DNA from: Bryobacterales bacterium
GTDB lineage: Bacteria > Acidobacteriota > Terriglobia > Bryobacterales > UBA6623
DNA length: 64,000 bases
Reading direction: 5' to 3'
Assembly: GCA_022824585.1 (NCBI GenBank)
Contig: JAJDZN010000124.1
Span: 2,029-66,028 of the forward strand
Made by a program: the position numbers and the translations under genes. Of the stretch, positions 29,878 through 38,792 are shown one piece after another. Each line of letters begins with the position of its first letter. Positions within the stretch are counted from its first letter, which is position 1. A model generated the notes under the pieces. It was not told the DNA's origin. It saw nothing but the letters and a program-made list of their open reading frames with translations, and ran no database searches.

Positions 29878-30669
29878 CTAGCGCAAGCTCAGCGCCACGG
29901 GCCGTATCGGCGAGCCCGTGGCGCCCCGCAGCCGCAGCGGCGAGGCTGCGAAGACGAACTCGCAGACGCGTTCCGCGGACAGGGTTTCGAGATCCAGCGC
30001 CTCGATGATGTGAATGCCGCTCTCGACCAGCAGGTGGACATGCACGGGCATGCTCGGGGCGGGCACGAACTCGAACGCGATCGTGTCGGAACCGCCGGCG
30101 AACGCGCCCTTGGCGCTCAGCCAGCCCGCGGCCTCCCGATTGACGCCGGGGCAGTGCAGGCCATTGATGTACCGGCCGGCGTCGTGCCAGTAGCGGGCCC
30201 AGCCGGTGCGCACCAGAACGATGTCCCCGGTGGAGACCGCGATGTCGGCGCGGTCTGCCGCCCGCTCGAGATGGTCGGCGTCGACGACAAAGTCGTGGGG
30301 CAGTGCCTCCAAGCCCTCGGTGGCGGCGACATCGAGCAGGACGCCGCGGCGGAAGATCGGCTCGATGGTATCGACATGGTGCACCGACAGGCCGGTCGTG
30401 TACGACTGGCAACCAACGGCGTCGTCCCCGCCGTACAGTTTTCCGTCCAGCGAAAAGTGGCACAGCGCGTCGATGTGCGTTCCGACATGCCCGCCGAGGG
30501 CTAGCGCATCCGCGGCCGCGCTGACTCCGTCCCGGGTGGTCTCTCCGTGAGCCTTGCTCAGGCCGTACACGAACGGCGGGTGGTTCGGGTGGTGGGGCAT
30601 GCCGGGGTAGTACGGCTGCGCCAGATCAATGACGCGCGACTCGTCGAGGCGTTGCAGCAAGTCCTGCAT
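29878..30669 (-). CDS. cyclase family protein (kynurenine formamidase-like)
   Basis: HVGTHIDALCH motif (HxGTHxDxxxH). Confidence 0.85.
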   Translation of the reverse strand: MQDLLQRLDESRVIDLAQPYYPGMPHHPNHPPFVYGLSKAHGETTRDGVSAAADALALGGHVGTHIDALCHFSLDGKLYGGDDAVGCQSYTTGLSVHHVDTIEPIFRRGVLLDVAATEGLEALPHDFVVDADHLERAADRADIAVSTGDIVLVRTGWARYWHDAGRYINGLHCPGVNREAAGWLSAKGAFAGGSDTIAFEFVPAPSMPVHVHLLVESGIHIIEALDLETLSAERVCEFVFAASPLRLRGATGSPIRPVALSLR

Positions 30670-30677
30670 AGCAGGGC

Positions 30678-30683
30678 ATTCTA
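30678..30683 (-). promoter_or_regulatory. -10 box TAGAAT, 8 nt upstream of the cyclase ATG
   Basis: Minus strand reads TAGAATgccctgctATG. No Shine-Dalgarno sequence is present. Confidence 0.35.
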
Positions 30684-30962
30684 ACCGTTACCATCAAGCT
30701 GCCCGACATCGTCGGCCGCACAGCGTCCGGCTGTGGAGCGGGCGCGGCGACCAGGCTGGGCTCGGACGGCTGCAGCGGCGAGCACCGGCTGCTGCCAAGG
30801 CAGGACGGCGGCCGGCACGTAGCCGGTAGCAGGGCCGCCGCGAACGCTGTGCGGGCAGTGCGGCGGGCGGCGCGGTACGCCGAATTCGTGATACTCTCAG
30901 GGTTTCCCGTCAGCACGCCTCCGGGTGGGCGGACCGACGCGGCAGTCTCCCCGGCAGCTTCC

Positions 30963-31703
30963 ATGAAGTGTAGTTTCACCGGCGAATCAGTTCCGACGGA
31001 CAAGCTCTTTCTGCTCTACTACCCCCCCGACGCAGCCCACGAGACTTGGGAGAAGTCGACCTTCGCGGCCGCCCGCGCGCGCGAAGCCATCGGCGCGGCG
31101 CGTGAGTGCCTGGTCTCTTTCTTTCGGCGCTACGTGGCTACAAGGCGGATGCTGCCTGGCCTGCTCATGGTCTTGGGCGCACTCGCACTGTTCGGCCTTT
31201 GGATGCATTCCGCGCTGCGAGGCTGGGGCGAGCTAGGATTCGTCGTACGGTATTTGGTCCCCGCTGTGTTGCTGGTCGCGACGTTTATCGGCAGTACTTG
31301 GGTTTCCGCGTTTCTGGGCCGCTGGAAGCTCTGGCGGCAAGGCTGCAAGGAGGCTGTCGCCAAAGAGCTGGCCGCCGTCTCCCGGGTCATGCATGACCTG
31401 CCGGACGATCCGGACGCCGAACAGGCGGCTGCGATCATGCGCCGCGAGGTTCCGAGCATCATGTCGGAGGTGGCCTTTTTCGGCCAGAACTTCAAGGCGT
31501 TCACCTACATGGACTTCGTGCTGGGGCCGAGGCTGCGCAATCCGGCCGACCGCTCCGAGCTGCCGCAGGCGCACAGCCCGTATCGGGATGCCTACTACGT
31601 GGGCGAAGTCGTCTACGACAATGCGCGGATGTTCCAGAAAGACAGGCGCACCACCAGCGATCCCCGCTTCGTGGGCAGCGGTGGCCGCCGCGGCGTGATC
31701 TAG
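30963..31703 (+). CDS. hypothetical membrane protein
   Basis: Two or three hydrophobic segments (LPGLLMVLGALALFGLW, YLVPAVLLVATFIGSTWVSAFL). The ATG at 30963 is preferred; the track ORF starts at 30849. Confidence 0.55.
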   Translation: MKCSFTGESVPTDKLFLLYYPPDAAHETWEKSTFAAARAREAIGAARECLVSFFRRYVATRRMLPGLLMVLGALALFGLWMHSALRGWGELGFVVRYLVPAVLLVATFIGSTWVSAFLGRWKLWRQGCKEAVAKELAAVSRVMHDLPDDPDAEQAAAIMRREVPSIMSEVAFFGQNFKAFTYMDFVLGPRLRNPADRSELPQAHSPYRDAYYVGEVVYDNARMFQKDRRTTSDPRFVGSGGRRGVI

Positions 31704-32863
31704 CCCCGGCTGGTCGGCCGCAGGTTCTTGAGCGGATGCACGCGGTCCTTTAGCGGGAAGTCGATCACTTTGCGCTGGAGCTGCGAGGCGTACATGCCCT
31801 GTGTCATCTCGACCGTCCAGCGGCCGGCACGCTCGCTGCAGGCGGGCTCGCTGCCCTCCTCGATCGCCCGCAGCAGGTCTTCCACCATCAGGGCGTTGGC
31901 AGTGAGGTGGCGCTCGCTGCCGAAACTGCGGTGCTTCGGCTCGATCAGCTCCCACTGCTTGTCGCGTCGCGGCACCCACGCCGGTGATCGCAGGATGTAG
32001 GCCTCCGAGCTCTCGTCGTAGACCTCGTTGGGAAGGAAGATATAGCCCTTGGCGCCGAAGACGTGCGTCCCGAACCGCCACGGGTGGGTCTGGCTGGACT
32101 CGTTCGATGCGAAGTAGCCGTGCCGGCCCTGGCCGAACGAGAACATCGCGGACATCTGGCGTCCGGCGATGGGCCCGATAGGCTCGTTAGGCTTGCGCAT
32201 GTGGTCGAAGCTGAGCTCCTCGCCCTTGGACGTGATGTGGGAGAAGACCCATTCCGGATCTCCCAGCACGGCGCGCATCATGTCGAAGATGTGCGATCCG
32301 AGCACGACCAAGTCTTCGCCCCCGGCGCGATAGTCCTCCTTTCCCCGTCCCCGCACCTCGTGGATCTCGCCGATCTCGCCCGCTCCGATCAGTTCCAGGG
32401 CCTTGAGCGTGAAGGGAGACCGCCGCATCTGGTGCGCCAGCTGGACCTTGACGCCGGCCTTGCGGATCGCCTCCACCATTTGATCGGCGTCTTCCAGCGT
32501 GGCGGCGAATGGCTTCTCGAGGTACATGTGGCAGCCCGCTTGGGCGGCCGCGGTTACCATCTCCCGCCTCTGGTCGGTGTGGCGCGGACAGATGCTGACG
32601 ATGTCTGGCTTCTCCGTCGCGAGCAGTTCCCGGTAGTCCGCGTAAGCGTGCCCCGCCCCGGTTCGCTCTTGCGCCTTGGCGCGGCCTTCCTCGTCCGGGT
32701 CGGCGACTGCGACTACGTGGGTCTGCGGGAACACCGGCCAGACGTCCCCGATGCCATGGCCATAGTTCCCTCGGCCGGTGTGGCCGATGACTCCGACTCG
32801 GTAGCGAACCTGAGCGCGGAGTGGGATCGCGAGTGCGCCCGCGAGGAAGTGCCTGCGCTGCAT
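31700..32863 (-). CDS. Gfo/Idh/MocA family oxidoreductase with Tat signal
   Basis: MQRRHFLAGALAIPLRAQ followed by the Rossmann motif VGVIGHTGRGNYGHG. Confidence 0.85.
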   Translation of the reverse strand: MQRRHFLAGALAIPLRAQVRYRVGVIGHTGRGNYGHGIGDVWPVFPQTHVVAVADPDEEGRAKAQERTGAGHAYADYRELLATEKPDIVSICPRHTDQRREMVTAAAQAGCHMYLEKPFAATLEDADQMVEAIRKAGVKVQLAHQMRRSPFTLKALELIGAGEIGEIHEVRGRGKEDYRAGGEDLVVLGSHIFDMMRAVLGDPEWVFSHITSKGEELSFDHMRKPNEPIGPIAGRQMSAMFSFGQGRHGYFASNESSQTHPWRFGTHVFGAKGYIFLPNEVYDESSEAYILRSPAWVPRRDKQWELIEPKHRSFGSERHLTANALMVEDLLRAIEEGSEPACSERAGRWTVEMTQGMYASQLQRKVIDFPLKDRVHPLKNLRPTSRG

Positions 32864-32869
32864 GGCCTG

Positions 32870-32878
32870 ACTATACCA
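32870..32878 (-). promoter_or_regulatory. extended -10 box TGGTATAGT, 6 nt upstream of ATG (leaderless candidate)
   Basis: Minus strand reads TGGTATAGTcaggccATG, with the ATG at 32863. Confidence 0.45.
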
Positions 32879-33069
32879 ATCAGACTGTGGCGCGGGTCAG
32901 CGAAACATCAGGCCGGAAATCCGACAGAAACGGCCCTACAGGCCCTCGCCGCCTGACGGTCCGAGCGCAGGGCGCGGGCACGCCATCGCCTCGCCGCGCT
33001 CGTAGGGAATCCGCCGGACCCGACGGGTTCCGGCCGACGGCCCGACGATGTCTAATCTTCGGCCCGCGG

Positions 33070-33516
33070 CTATTCCGACACTTCCGTAAGCTCTTGGCCG
33101 CCTTCGACCCAGCCCTCGATCCCTCCGAACTGGATCTCGTTCTCGTAACCGTTGTCTCTCAACATGGCCGCCGCACGGGAGGCCCTGCCACCGCGCCGTC
33201 AATAGGCCACGATGGGCTTGTCGCGAGGCACTTCTGCCAAACGGCCCTCGAGTTCGTCGATCGGGATGTGGGTGTAGCCCTCGATAGCCCCGTCCTGTAC
33301 CAGTTCCTCGGGCGTGCGCACGTCGAGCAGGAAGATGTCTTCCCCGCCTGCCAGCCGTGTCGCGACGTTCTCGACGTCAAGTTCGGTCGGAGCGGCGACC
33401 TCGGCCGCCATCGCCTCGCCTTCCGACGAAGCGGCTGTCTCGGGGCCCTCGCCTCCGCCGCAGGCCGCGAGGGCCAGGGCGGCCGAAAAAGCCCCGCATG
33501 CTAGTGCTCTTGTCAT
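33070..33516 (-). CDS. rhodanese-domain lipoprotein with in-frame TGA at the catalytic Cys position (candidate selenoprotein or fresh pseudogene)
   Basis: Lipobox LALAAC. The sequence LLDVRTPEEL...DKPIVAY-TGA-RRGGRASRAAAMLRDNGYENEIQFGGIEGWVEGGQELTEVSE-TAG is all in one frame. The TGA (33201-33199) sits where rhodaneses have C in the CRxGxR active-site loop. Confidence 0.65.
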
Positions 33517-33528
33517 CTCGTTCTCCTG

Positions 33529-34425
33529 TTAGGCGTGCCAGCCGAGCGTGGATGCCTCCGGTATTCGCTGGACCAAGTCCGCTAACTCGTAGCGGTTTTC
33601 CGCTCCGATCGTGAAGCAGTCGATGCAATCCAAGGCCATCGCATGCTGCAGCGCCTCGCCCACGCGGTCGCGCAGGACTCCCTCGCCGAGAATCTTCATG
33701 CCGATGACGCCCTTGCCCGCCGCCTTGATCTTGCACAGCTCTTCGATGACCGTGGCCGGGTCGGCGTCCATGCGGGCGCCGACCGCGTTGACCCGGGCCA
33801 GGTCCACGTCGATGAACTCCTGCTTGTGGACTTGCCGCAGCGCGGGCAGCGAATGGCAGGAGATCCCGCGCGACTTGACGATGCCTTTCTGCTTGTACTC
33901 GTTGATCACGTCCATCGCGCCTGCGCGCTGGACCGGCCAGTCTTCCTCGCGCACCGCGTGCAACAGCAGCAGGTCGATGTAGTCGGTCCTGAGCTCCCTG
34001 CGGAAGCGCTCGATGTCCTCGCGCATGCCCTTCGCGGTCTTGGTGGTGGACTTGGTCATGATCACGACCTTTTCGCGAGGGATGTCTTGCAGGGCCCGCC
34101 TCACGTGCGGGTGGCTGCCGTAGCCATCGGCGGTGTCCCAGAAGTTCAGGCCGCTGTCAAAGCCGAAGCGGTACAGGTCCGCCAAGCCCTCCACGCCCAG
34201 CTTGCGGGTTTGGTTGGACGCGCCGCGGAATCCGCTGGTGCCGGTGCCCATGGCCAGCCGCGACGGCTTCAGGCCGTCCGGCCCCAGCGACACGGTGTCG
34301 TAGGCATAGCGGCGCGCCGGGTTCTCCGAGTAGCCGCTGACTGCCCCGAAGAGCTTGTGCTGGAGCGCCGCTATCGGAGCCCCCGCTAGCAACGAGTGGC
34401 GGACGAAGTCTCGTCTTCTCATCAT
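33529..34425 (-). CDS. aldo/keto reductase with Tat signal
   Basis: MMRRRDFVRHSLLAGAPIAA followed by AKR blocks (FWDTADGYG, IDLLLLH). Confidence 0.85.
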   Translation of the reverse strand: MMRRRDFVRHSLLAGAPIAALQHKLFGAVSGYSENPARRYAYDTVSLGPDGLKPSRLAMGTGTSGFRGASNQTRKLGVEGLADLYRFGFDSGLNFWDTADGYGSHPHVRRALQDIPREKVVIMTKSTTKTAKGMREDIERFRRELRTDYIDLLLLHAVREEDWPVQRAGAMDVINEYKQKGIVKSRGISCHSLPALRQVHKQEFIDVDLARVNAVGARMDADPATVIEELCKIKAAGKGVIGMKILGEGVLRDRVGEALQHAMALDCIDCFTIGAENRYELADLVQRIPEASTLGWHA

Positions 34426-34500
34426 GGGAATTCCAGAGTCAGGCTACCACACAGCCGCAGTCCTCGGGGACTCGTCCGCCGTGCTCGGCCGATGCCGAAA

Positions 34501-35304
34501 TCAGGGAGCGGGGGTGATCTTCAAGTTTCGGTAGTGCGCGACGGTCGAACCCTCGAGCCACAGCGCCACGTTGCCGGTGGCGCTCGCGCCGGACTTGACG
34601 TCGTTCACCAGCAAGGTTGGCTGTTCGGCCCCGTTCAAGTAGATCCGAGCCTTCTCGCCATCCACGGTGATCTTGACCTTGATCCACTCGCCGGGCACGA
34701 TGTCCGCGTAGGTCTCGTACCTGCTCGGGGTCTCGCCGCGGAACTTGTACCAGGTCCATTCCGGGTGGGAAATGTACTGGACGGTGTGGTTGCGCCGCTC
34801 TTGGTCATCCGCCCGCCCGTTGGTCGGCCGCAGGTAGAAGCAGTCGTAAGTCTTGCGGTCCTCCTGCAGCCGCCAGGCGATGCCGACGAATCCGCGAGCA
34901 CCGCCCTGCGCCCCCGGAGCGGGCTGGCCGGAAACCTCGACCTCGATGGTGCCGTTTCCGAATTCCGAACCCTTGACGATAGCCAGATGATTGGTGCGCA
35001 GCGCCTCGAATGTACCCGGGCCCCGCGGCTGCTCGCCGCGCGCCCGCATGGCAGCCATCATCTCCGCCCGCTTCTTCTGGGCCGCTCGCAGAACCTCGGG
35101 ATCCCCGCTCACCTTGAGGCCTCGCTGGCCGTCAAGCGAGTCGGGCGCCGCCAAGACGTTGACCAATTCCAGCCCTTCCGTCGAGTCAAGGGCGAGTTCC
35201 TGCGCGGCGAGCGGCAGCGACAGGACGGCCAGGCACAGCGTCCAAAGTAGCGGAGTGGCGCGCCCGGCCGTACGGAGGATCGGGTGTCGCTCTACTCGTT
35301 CCAC
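34501..35304 (-). CDS. secreted ConA/LamG-like jelly-roll protein (DUF1080-like)
   Basis: Signal peptide. The C-terminal pattern GEWIKVKITVDGEKARIYLNG...HYRNLKI resembles DUF1080-type domains. The assignment is tentative. Confidence 0.55.
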   Translation of the reverse strand: MERVERHPILRTAGRATPLLWTLCLAVLSLPLAAQELALDSTEGLELVNVLAAPDSLDGQRGLKVSGDPEVLRAAQKKRAEMMAAMRARGEQPRGPGTFEALRTNHLAIVKGSEFGNGTIEVEVSGQPAPGAQGGARGFVGIAWRLQEDRKTYDCFYLRPTNGRADDQERRNHTVQYISHPEWTWYKFRGETPSRYETYADIVPGEWIKVKITVDGEKARIYLNGAEQPTLLVNDVKSGASATGNVALWLEGSTVAHYRNLKITPAP

Positions 35305-35828
35305 GGAGGAGTCACCCCGTTGACGCGAGCGTAGGCGATCGACTGGCCGAGATGCTCGCTAAGGTGGTTGAGGGCCATCGATACCGCGCCGCGCTTGGTG
35401 GTGTCTTGGCCGAACAGCTTCATCGCGCTGTCGGCTTCGTCTACCGACAGCTTGCCGATCGCGCCTCGCAGGTGGGCGAAAGACTTCACCAAAGCGGACT
35501 TGATCTCGCCCGCGTCGGTCGTCGATTTCTCCAAGCCCCGCACGTCAAGCCCCTCGGGCGGATTCGTGCCGAACGCCCGCGCCACGAAATAGTTCGCGGA
35601 CGCGACGTGCAGCAAGACCTCCGATGTCGAGCGCACGCCCTCGCCGGGGCGGTAGGTCTGCTTGTCGCCGGCCATCGCGCCGGCCAGTCCGGTGAACTTC
35701 TCTTCGAGCTGGCCTAGGCGGCCTTCCGCCTCCCCGACAAACCCGTCTCCGGCCACCAACGCCAGCGGCGCCACCAAAACTGCGAGCCCGCAGAAAACGA
35801 TCGCGGGCCAACTTCTCACATTCATCAC
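35292..35828 (-). CDS. DinB-family protein (secreted)
   Basis: Signal peptide and a four-helix DinB-like pattern with the C-terminal HLSEHLGQSIAYAR. Confidence 0.7.
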   Translation of the reverse strand: MMNVRSWPAIVFCGLAVLVAPLALVAGDGFVGEAEGRLGQLEEKFTGLAGAMAGDKQTYRPGEGVRSTSEVLLHVASANYFVARAFGTNPPEGLDVRGLEKSTTDAGEIKSALVKSFAHLRGAIGKLSVDEADSAMKLFGQDTTKRGAVSMALNHLSEHLGQSIAYARVNGVTPPWNE

Positions 35829-35974
35829 AACCTCCAGATTGAAGTACCTGCCTGCGTCCGGAAATCCCGACTCAAGGCCCGTTCACAGGCAAACAAGGCT
35901 CGAACGCCGCTCGTACGGCGCCAACAAGTAGATAGGCCAACCAAGCATGAAATTGGTTACGGCACAGGCCGGAA

Positions 35975-36193
35975 TCAACCCAGGCCCAGGTCGTTGGCGC
36001 TCTCGAGGATCGAGCCGCAAGCGGCGCATACTTGGCTGCCGCACCGCGGGCAGGTGGCCGCCCGCACCGCGCTCCTCCCGCAGCGCGGGCAGTAGCTCTC
36101 CGGATCGCCGGCGGCGGGCTCGTCGGGCGAGGCCGGCTCGTGGCGCAGCGGGCTGCGGCAATCGCCGCACAGGATGGACTGGTCCGCGCGCAT
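35975..36193 (-). CDS. small double zinc-ribbon protein
   Basis: CGDC...CPRCG...CPRCG...CAACG, with GC3-rich codons. Confidence 0.5.
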   Translation of the reverse strand: MRADQSILCGDCRSPLRHEPASPDEPAAGDPESYCPRCGRSAVRAATCPRCGSQVCAACGSILESANDLGLG

Positions 36194-36355
36194 GGACGGA
36201 AGGCTACCCCGCGATCATAGACGACGATCAGGACCCGGGTCCGCAAGCGAGTCAGAGCGTCGGGCGCCACGACTGACGGGGCGCGCCCGCAAACATCACG
36301 CTATCACTGTGTTGGCGTGTAAGTAGTTATATTGCAACAGCTTACGGAATTCTTT

Positions 36356-36363
36356 GGTATACT
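36356..36363 (+). promoter_or_regulatory. extended -10 box TGGTATACT, 6 nt upstream of the hemE ATG (leaderless candidate)
   Basis: TGGTATACTaaagcgATG, with the ATG at 36370. No Shine-Dalgarno sequence is present. Confidence 0.45.
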
Positions 36364-36369
36364 AAAGCG

Positions 36370-37413
36370 ATGCGCCAGCGATTCCTCCGCGCATGTGCCG
36401 GCGAGTCCGGGGACTGCACTCCGGTGTGGTTCATGCGCCAAGCGGGGCGCTACATGGCCGCGTACCGCGCCTTGCGGCGCGACCACACGATCTTGGAGAT
36501 TTGCAAGACGCCGCGCCTCGCGGCAGAGGTCACGCGGCAGCCCGTCGACGCCTTGGACGTGGATGCGGCAATCATTTTCGCGGATCTCCTGCTGCCGCTG
36601 GAGCCGATGGGGCTCGGGCTGGAGTTCGTCGCCGGCGACGGCCCGCGAATCGAGCGGCCGGTCCGCTCCCGCGCCGATATCGATCGGCTCGAGACCGGGC
36701 GCGCCGCGGATCTGGACTATGTCGGCGAGTCCATTGCCCTGGCGCGCCGCCACCTGGACGGCCGCGTCCCGGTCATCGGATTCGTCGGCGCGCCGTTCAC
36801 GCTGGCGAGCTACATGATCGAAGGCAGGGGCTCGCGCCATTACGCCGCCACCAAGAGCCTGATGTGGAGCGACCCGTCCGGATGGCGGGAACTGATGGAG
36901 CGCATCGTCGCCGTGCTGGCGCCGTACGCTGCCAGCCAGGTCGCCGCCGGTGCCAGCGCCATCCAGGTTTTCGACAGCTGGGTTGGCGCGCTGTCCCCGT
37001 CCGACTACGAGCGCTTCGTCCTGCCGCATTCGCGGGAGTTGGTGCGGCGCATCCAGACCGGCGGCGTGCCGGTGATTCATTTCGGCACCGGCAACGCGGG
37101 CTTCTTGGAGGTGTTCTGTCGAGCTGGCGGCGACGTGCTGGGCCTGGACTGGCGCGTTGACCTGGCCGCGGCGTGGGAGCGCGTCGGCCACGACACGCCA
37201 GTGCAGGGAAACTTGGACCCGCTCGCCCTGCTGGCGCCCCTGCCAGAGCTGCGCCGCAAGGTTCGCGCCGTCCTGGCCGCCGCGGACGGACGTCCCGGCC
37301 ACATCTTCAACTTGGGCCACGGCATCATCCCCGAGACGCCCGTCGAACACGTCCGCGCCGCCGTGAGCATGGTCCGCGAGTATTGCGCCGAGCGAAAGGC
37401 ATGTCCCGGGTAG
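36370..37413 (+). CDS. hemE: uroporphyrinogen decarboxylase
   Basis: PVWFMRQAGRYM signature. Confidence 0.95.
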   Translation: MRQRFLRACAGESGDCTPVWFMRQAGRYMAAYRALRRDHTILEICKTPRLAAEVTRQPVDALDVDAAIIFADLLLPLEPMGLGLEFVAGDGPRIERPVRSRADIDRLETGRAADLDYVGESIALARRHLDGRVPVIGFVGAPFTLASYMIEGRGSRHYAATKSLMWSDPSGWRELMERIVAVLAPYAASQVAAGASAIQVFDSWVGALSPSDYERFVLPHSRELVRRIQTGGVPVIHFGTGNAGFLEVFCRAGGDVLGLDWRVDLAAAWERVGHDTPVQGNLDPLALLAPLPELRRKVRAVLAAADGRPGHIFNLGHGIIPETPVEHVRAAVSMVREYCAERKACPG

Positions 37414-38792
37414 CCATCGTTGGCGGCGGGGTCTCGGGCTTGTCTGCCGCCTACTACTTGGGGCGGCACGGCATTCCCTGCACTCTGATCGAGCGCGAGC
37501 AAAGGCTCGGCGGCATCGTCCGCACCGAGCGCTTCGGTGACTGCTTGGTCGAGGCCGGGCCGGACAGTTGGCTGGCTGAGAAGGACTGGATGCTGGACCT
37601 GGTGCGCGAACTCGGACTCGGCCACCAGGTGATCGGCTCCAATGACGAAAGGCGGCGTACCTATGTCGTCCGCCGCGGCCGTCCGCGGCCGCTGCCCGAG
37701 AGCATGCGGCTGCTGGCGCCGTCCAAGCCATGGCAGGCGGTCGCTAGCGGGCTGTTCGGCTTGGCCTCGAAGGCTCGCATGACGGGAGAGTGGTTTCGCC
37801 GGCCCCAGACGCTGCCCGAGCGGTCCGTTGCCGAATTTGTGGAGGACCACTTCGGGCGCGAGGCGGTCGAGTACCTTGCGCAGCCGCTGCTGGCGGGCGT
37901 GTACGGCTCGCCCCCCGAGAACTTATCGGCCGACAGCGTGATTCCGCGTTTCGTGGGATACGAGCGCGAGTACGGCAGCCTGCTGCGCGGCGTGTGGAAG
38001 AATCGCAAGCGACATCGGGACGGGCCTCTGTTCCTGACGTTGCGGGAGGGCATGGGCTCGCTGACCGACGCGCTGCAGCAGCACCTCCCCGAAACCTGCG
38101 AAGTCGTTGCGGACGAGGTACGGGCGGTGCAACCCAGCGCCGCCGGGTGGCGGGTCCGGGCCGAGCGCGGCGCATGGGATGCCAGCAGCGTGATCGTCGC
38201 GACTCCCGCCCCCGAAGCCGGTAGGCTGCTCGCTGGCGTCGACGATGCCCTGGCCGAGGGCCTGGGAAGCATCGTCTATACCTCCTCGGTCGTAGTCGCT
38301 CTGGTGTACCCGCAGCGCGGCTTCGGCCATCCCTTGGACGGCTTCGGCCTCTTGATCCCACGGGCCGAGCGCGGGACGCTGGCCGCCTGCACTTGGACAA
38401 ACACGAAGTTCTCAGGCCGGGCCGGGCCGGGCAAGGTCTTGCTGCGGGCTTTTCTGGCCGGCGCGGACGCCGAGCGGGCCCTGGAGTCAAACGACGAATT
38501 GGTATCCGGGCGAGCGGACGCGGAGCTGCGGCAGCGGATGGGCTTCCGATCTACCCTGGAGGTGTCGCGAGCCTACCGCTGGCCCGCCGCCATGCCCCAG
38601 TACTCGGTGGGTCATACCGCGCGGGTGAGCCAGATCGAAGAGCGGCTGGTCCGCTTCCCGGGGCTGCACTTGGCGGGAAACGGCTATGCCGGGCTCGGCC
38701 TGCCCGACTGCGTCCGTCGCAGCGAGCGCATCGCGAGGGCGATAGCGTCCGGAGAGGCGTCCCTCACGACCCCAGCCGCTGGACCGCCATGA
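37401..38792 (+). CDS. hemY: protoporphyrinogen/coproporphyrinogen III oxidase (HemY/CgoX family)
   Basis: MSRVAIVGGGVSGLSAAYYL FAD-binding N-terminus. The ATG at 37401 overlaps the hemE end. The track ORF has an Arg-rich extension back to 37173. Confidence 0.9.
   Translation: MSRVAIVGGGVSGLSAAYYLGRHGIPCTLIEREQRLGGIVRTERFGDCLVEAGPDSWLAEKDWMLDLVRELGLGHQVIGSNDERRRTYVVRRGRPRPLPESMRLLAPSKPWQAVASGLFGLASKARMTGEWFRRPQTLPERSVAEFVEDHFGREAVEYLAQPLLAGVYGSPPENLSADSVIPRFVGYEREYGSLLRGVWKNRKRHRDGPLFLTLREGMGSLTDALQQHLPETCEVVADEVRAVQPSAAGWRVRAERGAWDASSVIVATPAPEAGRLLAGVDDALAEGLGSIVYTSSVVVALVYPQRGFGHPLDGFGLLIPRAERGTLAACTWTNTKFSGRAGPGKVLLRAFLAGADAERALESNDELVSGRADAELRQRMGFRSTLEVSRAYRWPAAMPQYSVGHTARVSQIEERLVRFPGLHLAGNGYAGLGLPDCVRRSERIARAIASGEASLTTPAAGPP

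Noticed and set aside
37173-37400. N-terminal extensions in track ORFs for hemY (37173), mce (40681), the DUF1592 gene (51079), cytochrome c (29609), xylB (14160), actA (61821), DUF4202 (62369) and the TIM-barrel gene (56194).
   Set aside because: The extensions are Arg/Pro-rich and overlap upstream genes. They precede internal ATGs that give canonical N-termini (Rossmann GxGxxG, signal or Tat peptides) or ATGA coupling with the upstream stop.
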